A DNA stretch of 64,000 nt, taken from Dicyema japonicum. Taxonomy: Eukaryota; Animalia; Dicyemida. The position numbers and the translations under genes were made by a program. The stretch is taken from the NCBI GenBank assembly GCA_011109175.1, contig RDEW01000024.1, forward strand, positions 621,189 to 685,188, in the 5' to 3' direction. Below are positions 54,051 through 64,000 of this stretch, piece by piece (position 1 is the first letter of the stretch; each line of letters opens with the position of its first letter). Under the pieces are notes generated by a model, which saw only the letters and a program-made list of their open reading frames with translations, was not told where the DNA came from and did not search any database.

Positions 54051-54900
54051 AAAACTCGTAGTAAATTTCTTCGTCTTGTAGCACCAGTGGCACCACTTAT
54101 TCACCAGTGGCACAAACTTATTACCATATAAAGCGATATATTTAGTTTTTCTAAGAATTTTTTCTCTATTTTGTAATCTTAAGAGTCTGAGTCTCGATTT
54201 TGGGGCAATTTTTTAAAATCTAACATTTTAATTTATTAACCCCGGATACACCAAGAAAGAATTAAAGTAAACAGCTAGTCAAGTGTATCCAGTTCCACTT
54301 CTACAGAAACAGAGTCCATCCGGAATAGCATGAAAGGTAAAAGACGTCCATTACTTGTAGTCGTGGAAACCCCTCCAGTGGAGTGGGGGAGAGCAAATGA
54401 TCCTTTTTCATACCAGTTGGCACTGGGCCCACCTAGAGAGGTGGATCACATGAAGCCACTCTAATGGGAAGGGAAAGAGTTAAAACATACAAAAACAAAA
54501 AATTTCAATCAATTATCCACGTAACACCACATGGCGCCACGTGGCGATAAGGAATATTTTACCTTTGTTGTTAATGACTGTGACGAGACTCCACCACATT
54601 AAAAGATCTCAATTTCATATATCAGAAATGGAATTCAAAAAATCGTTATTTTCTGACGAATGAAGATAATCTTACGGATGATTATACAGACAGTACCGTC
54701 ATTGAAACGAGGGAAACTTTGAAATCAATGCAGCTGTTAACGAATGCAGGATTCACTTGAGAATTGGGGAACAAAATTTTCAGCATTTCAGCCGAGTCAC
54801 TTTAAGATTTCTACTAATTTCGATTAAATTTGATTAAAAAAGTAAGACAAGCTAAAACTGAGAGAAAATAACATTACTTTTCTAAAATTAATTTTAATGT

Positions 54901-56143
54901 TTATTTCCATATTTTGGGGCACTTGGTGCCTAAAGGGAAGTCGGGCTGCACCTGGAGGCTAACAAAAGAGGCATTGGTCTTGAAGTTAACAATATGAATT
55001 GAAATGTCTGTATCTCCCTGGGATTAATCTTCTCACAACCCTCAGTTGACATAAATTCTCTTTTCATAAAGTAGTGTCTTGCTGACCGCACATGCGAGGC
55101 CATCACCATTGGTCCTTCAAAAGTGCGGAACCTAAAAGATTTCCATTAGTGACCCAATTCTACGAATAACACGAGTCAATAACCTTAGGGTCAGGTAAGG
55201 AATATGCCCCTACCCAGACAGACTCCGCCATCATCCCAACAACAAGCACGCCCTCATTCCTATAATTCCCACCTACTGAACACCCAAATAAGACAATCCT
55301 ATCAAAATCTATGACGTTCATTAAAAAAATATCGATAAAAAATTAATTTCGATTAACATCAGCCACATTCAGTAAACTACTAACTCTGGATATAACCCCC
55401 ATCACAACTCCAGTGGTCCACCTGTCCCCCTTGTTCCTTATGAAGTTGTTAAGGCCAGAATCATTCATTTTCGTCATCCTATCCCTGAAGAGCCATATCT
55501 GACTCCTTCCCGGACAACTTCGCCGTCGAATGAGATACCTTGATGTTCCCAATCTCTGATTTCTTCGGCAATAACGGATTGTCCGTATTTGCACGTTGAA
55601 AGACATTCCCCATGTTCCGCAAAATCGCGGAATCTCTGAATTTCGAAGACACTGAGGAATCAAGGGCGGCGTCTTTGAAGAAGTGCTGGTAAAACTTCTT
55701 AGTAAACCCATAGTCGACGACATTAAACTTTAGATAGTTGTCATAATGAGCGGAATTTGCAAGGAGATCCCATTTCTGAAGAATGCGAAGGAAAAGGGCT
55801 GGTTTTTGTGGATTTTCTCGTATTCTTTTGTAAAATTCAAAAATCGGGGGTCATTGGAGACCGGAGTGAGGCAAATTCTCAGGAATTTGTCGGTTAGGAG
55901 GAATATTTTGAACTCGTAGTCTTCATCCTTGAGATATACGAGTAATGAGTCAACAAGGTCATCGTTTTGAATTATTGAGGTAATCTTCACGTTAATGTTA
56001 CTTCTGGAGTCTGAGAGAGAATTGAGTTTGGCCTTCAATTGGAAGGCCAAGGTTATGTCATTCTGAACGCACAGTATCATCACTCCATGTCTGATAGGTT
56101 TCATACTAATAGGGGCAAAGCTGTCTATTGATTGATTTTGCAT
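54901..56143 (-). CDS. Unidentified host-type gene; N-terminus resembles a TIR-like fold; one apparent 1-bp deletion
   Basis: Long open frames joined at a C-run near 55850. Motifs ILCVQND..LA.QL and KIFLLTDKFLR. Exon structure of the 3' half is uncertain. Confidence 0.4.
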
Positions 56144-56539
56144 CGTGAACTCTATAATAACCACCACAACAGAACCGATTTATTTATAAATTTAAATCTT
56201 AATAATATTTATTATAAATCAAAATAAGATTCAATTATTAATTATAAAACTATGATTTTAATAAACTCGACTTAGAATTATTTATTTTTTCCACGTGGTG
56301 TTATGTGGTGTCATGTGGCTGTTTTTTTGAAGATTTTTTTCTCTTTAGTGGCGTCAAGAAATCCACCAGATAGCTGTGTGGAAATCGAAGACAAATATGA
56401 CACGGAATCGATAGCAAATGAAAGGAATTCGTTTTTTATGTATATCTGGTTGACAGAGAACAGCACGTGACTAAATACTTAAGTTAGTATAAGTGGAGAG
56501 GTCTCGTGGTAGTCAGATTTTCGAGAGCCTGGGTCTTAT

Positions 56540-57130
56540 TCCTTCCAGATCCAGAAGTTGTTCCTCATGGCAGTGGAGAGACCCCATTCCTTAATGCCCG
56601 CTAGAAAACCCGAACTCCTAAGGAGAACGTCTTCAATTTTATTGGAAAGTACTTCGTCTGCAAAGGACCGTGACCTTTGAGATATGTTCAAATAAAGTCC
56701 TCATTTTTGCCCAATGTTCCTCTCTGATCCCACACATCCTGAGGAGTCGGTCCGGATCCATGTTCCTCACGATTCCATCGATTCGTAATTCTGAACGTCC
56801 TTTTCTGCAGTCAGCGTTGTTCATAAATTATTTTCCTTCCGAACGCGTCATTGCTCATTGAGGAGACACCCAATGCCTGGCCGGCATCAAGAGGATCCAA
56901 CTATTCTTCCCCTGGGACAATGTCGTTACCTGGAGACAAGTTCTGGAAGACTGGAACGAGTCAGGATCAAGGAGTTAGCTAGTTTGGTTTCCCTTGGTCT
57001 TTGGAATAATTTTAATTGACGTCTCCGAAATCCAGGAAAGTGTCCTGCATGTACAGGAAGTACGTCCGTTCTCGGGACAAACACCGTGAAAGGATGAGGT
57101 GGATCCTAAAGGAGGCCGAGATCACCTAAC
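56540..57130 (+). mobile_element. Probable 3' remnant of an I-group LINE; 56865-57020 is duplicated inverted at 35690-35850
   Basis: GKCPAC and a terminal GAGGCCGAGATCACCTAA matching the end of the 27560-29060 element (GAGGCTGAGATCACCTAA). Confidence 0.5.
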
Positions 57131-57379
57131 GGGCACGTATCTTCTAATATGTCGGTGATTCTTGGTTTTAAATAATAATCCTGCTAATTATTGGAGACAT
57201 AGACAATTTTCCGGAATCAATGGGGTTAGCGTTAATGAATTCTAGTGCCCTCTCCGGGCGGATCGCAGAGGAAGCGTGAGTACGGGGTGTCAAAGTAATC
57301 ACGGGAGGACTTTCTGCACAATTGGAACCCCTTAGGATTGACTGCACGTTGATAGCTACTCATCCAGGATCGTCATCAG

Positions 57380-57540
57380 CGTGACCCACCCTTGGATAAC
57401 AATTCGTCTTCAAGCCCATCGCAGCTGAAACTTGGGGGATTCTAAAATCCGAATCGCTATTCTTCACGTGTCTCTAATCATTGATAGAAAAAAAGGAGAG
57501 ACAGTCGAGAAGGGAGATAGGTGGATGGGCGCATTAGACA
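57380..57540 (+). mobile_element. CRE-like REL fragment
   Basis: QFVFKPIAAETWG. Confidence 0.55.
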
Positions 57541-58289
57541 CCCTTCATTTAATAGACACCTTTCATCACGTCTCAAACATATGATGACTGGGTTCCCATC
57601 AACTCCTTGGTACCAACAGGTTGTTCAGACGTCCACCGCCAACCATCGATCGACGTGTAACTAAATGCCTATGAAATTCAAATCCATTTGAAAATAAGTC
57701 CCAGGTGGTTCTGATTATTACTTTTTTTAACTCTTAGGAAAAAAACTTACAAGTAACAAGGAGAAACAGACGACTGTGTAAAGTAACTTCAAGGATACAT
57801 TCTTCTGTTTGGATCATTCAAAATATCCCCTGACAGGAAAGGCTTTGAATTAACTCCAATCTGGATAGATGGTTGGATTAAAGTTTAATAATCTAAGACG
57901 TCTCTGTCTTCTTCAAAATTACAGCATTTGACTGATTTCTGTAGAGAGGGAGCCATAATACACTTTATACCTTCATTTTCCTCTGATTTTCTCGTGAAAG
58001 GGATTGAATTGTGGAATATAAAGGTTTATTGAATACTTTGTTGAGATGATTAGTAGTTGTGGGATTTAACTGTGTTATCGATAGGAGACAGCTTTGATCG
58101 CCCTCATTAATATGAACTCTTGAGTAGTTTGAATTAAAGAGTTACTTATGGATAGACTCATCGCATGTGATATCTTCAGCATTCCGTGAAATAGTTTCTT
58201 CTGATTTAAACATTCAGAAATTAGCCTTTTTTCAACGGTCCTGATTGATGTAAGAGCAATATATCACGGGAAGTATCACAGCCTCTTTC

Positions 58290-58420
58290 CTGAAGGAAAT
58301 CGGGGGAAATTGGCCCATCGTAAGAAAGACGTGCGAGAAGCGGTCTGGGTGAGGCAACAAATTGGGATTGCAGTTGTCAGCGAAAACGCTTACTCTGTAA
58401 TGTCAGCAGCTGCTCTTCCC
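58290..58420 (+). mobile_element. CRE-like 3' end
   Basis: EIGGKLAHRKKDVREAVWVRQQIGIAVV.EN. Confidence 0.65.
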
Positions 58421-58849
58421 CATAGTTAATAAATAATATTTTATTGTTAAAAATAAAAAAATATCACATTTTTAGATATTTTAAAAAATCTTTAGAAAAA
58501 TAATAATTTTGCTTTATTTGAATTTCTTGTTTTGTTAATATGATTCTAAACGCACAAAAATGGCTTTTGTAGTGAGAGAAGTGGTCTACGGACAATCTGG
58601 AGTATAGGTTTTTGAAGAGAGGTATAAATGTGCGGCCGAGTATATGCCTTACTGTGGCTGTGAGGTTGGGTTATTGTTATTGTAGGCGTGTAGGGGGATC
58701 AGTACTTATTATTATAGGCACGTACGCGATGCCAAGATCATGGGGATCACTAATGATGCCAGTAAATGTATTCTGCATAAATTTTTTATGTCTATGGTGT
58801 AATTCGCTTTTATTTTTGTTGTTTTTATTATTTCATTCTTTTTATGAGG

Positions 58850-59400
58850 GAATTGTCAATGGGAGATACTCTATGATAACCAGTGATATACATGAGATAG
58901 GCTTCATCAGTTCCACCATCAGAGTGGGCTATATAGTTTCCAACAAAACGGACTTTCAGAGTATTCGTCGTTATAGGAACCCCCGGGAAGATAAGGATCA
59001 CTAAACGTCCTCCCAATCATGGAATACCTTACAGAACGTCACCGGGACTTCCTCAAAATGGCAAAGTCCCCTGACCATCCCCTCGGGCCAGACATCAAAC
59101 TATACTCAGACGGCTTCCCGAGATACGAGAAAAAACCTTCCCCGCTGTGGAGATTAATCCAGGACTAAAGCAGGATTGGCTAGACCTAAAGAAACATGCA
59201 TTGGATCGCCTGGAACTGCTCTGATCCATTCTGCACTTTCCTATAAATATTCTTATTTTAAGCGGCATTTCCACCACACAAAACAACTTGGGTTGGGTCA
59301 GAAATGGAAACCGAAAATATTCAACCAAATCGATCACATTTCATGGAAACACTCACAAACATCACTTGTACTAGTGATCTTGGAGATCGTTCGTAGCCAG
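58850..59400 (+). mobile_element. I-group RT C-terminal remnant
   Basis: NVLPIMEYL..R..FL..AKSPDHPL. Confidence 0.5.
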
Positions 59401-59419
59401 GAACATTGAGGAGAAAAAC

Positions 59420-60290
59420 TTACAAGTTACCTCATCTCGTGATCTTGAAGATCTCTCGTAACCAGGAACAGAGACCACTCGTCTCCCACACAGAGAGCTT
59501 TGAGAATATCTTGTCGAATGTGAGTTGGGTCTCAGTCGGGAAGCAGGAACTCAACAGGTAGCAGTAAATTTGCTACATAAAGGACTGGACGTTTTTTACC
59601 AAGGTCTTATGTTTCAACCACCATGGGTGCTCAATACATTAATTAGTCGATTCTAACCAAAATATTTGTGTATTCGATGCTTCCTTGTTCCTAAACGTCC
59701 TTCCACACAAGAAGACTGGCAATTAGAGCCATATTGACGAGAAAAGACACCTCAACCTTCCTATGTTAACCTCTTGGCGCCTGTGATTTCGAAGACACTG
59801 CTGTTTAAAGCACAGGGTGGACACTTATTGATTTACAAAATTTTAAACAATGGTCGGTTCATTATGGGGGGAATGTTTAACAGTCGGTCCATGCGTTTCA
59901 GAAGAGTGATATATGATCTATGATTTCCTTGGTGGATCCAGTGATGCAAGGAGTCATTGAGTCGGGGTCCTGATCACCCTAATATGAGAGACTCTCGAGG
60001 TTACTAGCTATAAACTCTCTACATGTAGTCTGTCTTACTAAGAAACAAAGTATCATTTGTAAACACAAGTCGATAATCTGTGTTATTTTCCGGAAACCTT
60101 TGATTTATTTCTCAACACCTCGCACTTGTTTAAGAAAGTTTCTTCCTCATCACTCAGAGCTTCCCTGAATCTCTTTCCTTCTTTATTCGTGAGGTATTTG
60201 CCTTTCTCAGAAATATTGAGGCCTAAATATGAAATCCTATGTTTTTTTATGCAGGAAAATTTTCCATTAAATTCCTTAGTCAAAACCAAA
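59420..60290 (-). CDS. Probable multi-exon gene of unknown identity, head-to-head with the physin gene
   Basis: Open exon-like stretches separated by 20-28 nt GT-AG segments, starting from a shared AT-rich spacer. Structure not resolved. Confidence 0.3.
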
Positions 60291-60490
60291 ATGACAATAT
60301 CAGATTTTATTATTTTATCCGAAATTTATATTAATTTTCGTCGTTTTTCTAATTTAATAAATTATAATTAATTTTAAATAAATATTTTGTTAAATAATTT
60401 TGTAAATTTTTTAGATGTTTTATGCTGGCAAACCAAAAGCAAATAAAATATTATAAAGTAGATATATTTGGAAATTAAACTAATTTGATA

Positions 60491-61266
60491 ATGGTGCCTA
60501 AAATCGATGTCAGTCTATTAAAAAAACCAGAATTTGTATTCAGAGTCATCATTTTTGTATTAAATTGAATATTTATAATAGATATTTTCTGCTTTTATGT
60601 TCTTCGCAGTTGTTTCCACCAGTGGGGACGTCTCGATTAACATCAAGTGTGATAATGTGACGGAAACAGTCGCAATCCCTGTCAGATACCCTTTCAGGTA
60701 ATATTAGAATTCTCATGTGTAATTAGATTCGGGGATATCAAAATAATTGATGGATGTTCCTCTGTATTCTCAGTCCCTGAGTTGTCGATAACTCCCGTGA
60801 CTTTCTACGTGTCTTGCCTCGTCCTTAGTATGATCTATTCCATGGGAAGTGCCCTCTTTATGATATTCCACCAAAAAATCGTGGAAGAGAATGAAAATGT
60901 CAGAAAAATTGTACGACTCCAATTTAAGAAATTTAGGATGTGGTTTCTTCCTTGTTTTTTTCCTGTTATTGTGGAATTAGCTTCGCCTCGTGGGCCCCCA
61001 GTCTGATGGAACTGAGGAGCATGATTAGGAACGATTACTTCTGCCAAGGATTCGGGGGACAGTGCATGGTTGTCGAATATCCTAGCATGAACCACTTGAT
61101 GTTCTCATTGGTCAGTCTATGTTGTTATTTTCAGCTGATTCTGTTCTTGAACTCCTTCTGTTGGATTGTGGTCTTCTCCCTTACCTTCAAGAAGACTTCT
61201 TGGATTGGTAACATTAAGCGAAAATATTGCAAAGGACCCCCCCTCATTGTCGATGAGGAACCTTAA
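60491..61266 (+). CDS. Synaptophysin/synaptoporin-family (physin, MARVEL) tetraspan protein; introns 60557-60581, 60698-60726, 60911-60936 and 61111-61134
   Basis: Spliced product has KKPEFVFRV, C..V...V.YPFR, FYV..L...YSMG, a second Cys-Cys loop (FCQGFGGQC) and FLN..W....FKKTSW, in the physin spacing. Confidence 0.8.
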
Positions 61267-61599
61267 TTTGCTTTAATTACTGTCTTTAGTTCCAATAAAA
61301 TTAAAAATTAAACCACCAAACTTGAAAGCTAGAACGAGTTAGTTATGGAGAATCTCTGAGACTTCGACATATTTACTACCCCCATAATGAACTCTTGTGA
61401 CTTCAGGGGGTTAGAATGCTGGTCGCGTAATTCAGATTTATTAGGAAGTGACATAGTCCATAGTTAGGAACTAACAAAGGCAATAAAATAGTTCCTACCA
61501 AATACGTGTCTGAGTCCTGCAATCGAGCACGTGTCATTTTGTTATTGAAGGGTCTCTGGGAGCGACCTGACTTAGCGCTCGGCTTCCTGCATGGTACCG

Positions 61600-62300
61600 A
61601 AGCTATCTTTATTGCCTAGTATCGAATCTACTTCCTCATCCCAACCTTTTCTAACTTAGGGGGAATGAATGCAGACCGGGGAGACACAATATCAGCTAAT
61701 GATGAAAGGGGGACACGAAAAAGGATATGATCTCGCTCATAGCTTATCACCACAAGTACGAGACTGACTTGTTGAAAATATTCTTTCCGTTTTAATATGA
61801 TAATCCACGTGGGAGTCCCACTCACTCGATCTTCAATCTCAATATTCTTCCACTATAATCTGTTCAAATGTTATCTCCCCCACCATATTGTCTCCCATGA
61901 AAATGATTTACTTTGTGACGATTTCTATTACAAAAGTCCTGTTTGGCTAAGTTTCTCTATTCCGAGCTGGGACATCTCCTACTTACTCCGATAGAATATT
62001 GACGCCTAATCCCACTTGTGGGTCTTTGCTTCACCCCCTATTGAAGATTTGGTCAACTCTTTAATATTATTCTCCTGCACAAGAAGACTCGCACGATGTG
62101 GGTCTATGGATACGCTCACAGGGGTTCTCTTGACCAAAGTTTCTTGGTAATAACTTATTTATTTACGCTTATTACTAATAAGCACGTCCAACTCTCTTAA
62201 GTACCCCCCTATAGAACCATATCATCACATAAAGGTTAACATGAACTTTGCACCAAAGCATTATCCCCAAGAGAAGTATTCGGTCTTTTCCACTTAGTAA
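61600..62300 (-). CDS. Possible multi-exon gene of unknown identity, divergent from SPF30
   Basis: Mostly open minus frame with few stops and candidate micro-introns. No recognisable motif. Confidence 0.25.
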
Positions 62301-62491
62301 TGGATGCAGGCTTAATTTAAATTTTATAAGGAAAAAAAAAAGGAAAAAGAATAGTTAATTTTAATTTAAATTAAAGCCAAAATTATAAAAACGACTAAAA
62401 AATAATCGGATATTTTAATAATATTAAAAATAATGGTAAAATTATTTATTAAAAAATAGTTAATTTAAAATTTAAATTTTCGTCGTTTGTG

Positions 62492-63135
62492 ATGGATGAT
62501 AGCTATAAGGATTGTCTTGCTAACTTAAATAGTTACAAAATACAGCTCAATCAGGTTGAGGCCGCCTTATTGAATGCTCCGGACAACTCAGAGCTGCTGA
62601 AGCTCAAAGAAGATCTGGAAGAGGTGATAAAAATTACACTGAACCTCACTCAAACCACAAGCTCCCAGTGGACAGTGGGAAGTGCTTGCAGAGCCCTCAA
62701 TATTGAGGGACAAATGTACCCCCAAATTTAATTTATAGATACTCCCCAGCCGTCGTAGAAAAGATCCTGAACTCACAGGAGTGCGTGGTTAAGTTTGAGA
62801 ATGGAATTTCCATCCCAACTAAGATATCTTCCCTTCGACGTCCCGAGGAAGTGACAGAGCCTAAAAAGAAACCGAAAGTGACCCCTAATACGGTTGTGAG
62901 GGAGAAGAAGAAAAAGAAACCGCGACCACGTGACCTCGAGGGGCTATCTGCCGTGAATGAAATGTGCAGGAGACAACAAAGCAATTGGAAGGACTTTAAT
63001 AGCCGTTTAACGAAGACAAATAAGGGGAAGTTGTCAAAGTCACTGACCTTGTCGACTGAGAAGGTAAAGGGGATGACTGCCTCTAAGGGAACTCTCAAGA
63101 CCCCATATTCTTCCAACCCCCATAAGGGATTTTGA
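62492..63135 (+). CDS. SMNDC1: Splicing factor SPF30 (Tudor); one 23-nt intron at 62716-62738
   Basis: LNSYKIQLNQVEAAL..NSELLKLKEDLEEVI, WTVGSACRA and W.DFN.R..K..K. Confidence 0.88.
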
Positions 63136-63349
63136 TTATTTTCTAATATTTATGATTTATTAACTTAACTCTTAGGATATTTCTCTGTCCAATATTTGTG
63201 TATAGTTTGGTCCACGTGGTCTTGTCCTCTCGTTTGGTAGAGGGATATTAGTAAGTGATGTCGCGAGCGCAGTGCGAGACCATTCAATGTAAGTTAATCA
63301 ATTAACTTAATTTTTTTCAAGGTTAAGAATTTTTAGGAAAATTAAACTC

Positions 63350-64000
63350 AAATTCATTTTAAATAAATTTAAATACAAAACCTTTTCTGAATGTTTCGAC
63401 GTTGTCTCGTTTAGTATTGTTTTCTACTACAGTATTGAATCCTGGAATCCCACGATATCTTTGGAACGGACTAGCTCCTACGAAAAAATATAAGAAACAA
63501 TTTACCTGTGGATTAGTGAGGCGTATAAAAACAGCCCTTGGAATGCATCTCACCCACTCCTTTTTTATTATGCAAACTCATCATTTTCGACAAACTTCTT
63601 GTGATCGTCTGGTTAAATCTCTCCACAATCCATTGACTTTGGGGATTATTGAGTCTTCCATGTATTTGCGTCACATCAAACCCTCTCATTAATTATGAAA
63701 TTTTCCGCTTTTTTTTGAGTCGATACTTCCTATGCTTGGAAAGATCGACATCCTCATTATCAAGTAAAAATCTCAAATTATGTTCATCTTGATTTTTCAC
63801 GAACAAACGCTGGGGTGACAATCGAAAATGTGCCTTGTTTATGAGCACTGTATCTTATGGTAGATGATTTTCACTACCATTGAAGAGAAAAGGAATATCT
63901 CCATGTAACACACGTCAATGAAGAAAGAATTGGAATAAGACGATTCAGTCTTCCTACGAATAAAACCACGATGACGACTCTTCACGGTTATGGGTGAACT
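63350..64000 (-). mobile_element. Degenerate rve-type integrase (GIN/Ginger-like)
   Basis: HGRLNNPQSQ..VERFNQTITRSL..W...IPRAVF. Confidence 0.6.

Noticed and set aside
59150-59180. VEINPGL as a 2A motif
   Set aside because: No D or terminal P, and it lies within an RT C-terminal remnant.

Overview
This is eukaryotic nuclear DNA, not prokaryotic. It is AT-rich and looks like a highly divergent, compact animal genome. The inference rests on a metazoan-type HIPK kinase, a synaptophysin-family protein and a CMTR1 with the G-patch/RrmJ/WW layout. Host genes are split by extremely short spliceosomal introns, almost all 21-30 nt with a mode of about 22, so the supplied ORF track shows only fragments. 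Lineages fitting this picture include reduced parasites such as dicyemids or myxozoans; the sequence alone does not decide between them. Bases 1 to ~37.4 kb are a mosaic of transposon debris and segmental duplications. They contain R4/Dong, RTE, I/Jockey-group and CRE-like non-LTR elements, hAT/Buster and Tigger/pogo transposons, a tRNA-derived SINE family, and four copies of an unidentified micro-intron gene. Bases ~39-64 kb are gene-richer: RBM42, UTP23, CMTR1 (16 introns of 21-24 nt), a physin, SPF30/SMNDC1, a hidden 87-aa membrane micro-protein and a possible TIR-like gene, interspersed with more TE remnants. The most notable signals are the micro-introns with degenerate splice sites, a CACGTG(G) motif concentrated at gene 3' ends, SINE subfamilies whose tails match local RTE 3' ends, and a 2A-like peptide ahead of a CRE-like remnant. 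There is one N at 4556, a probable assembly join. All calls were made by eye without database searches.
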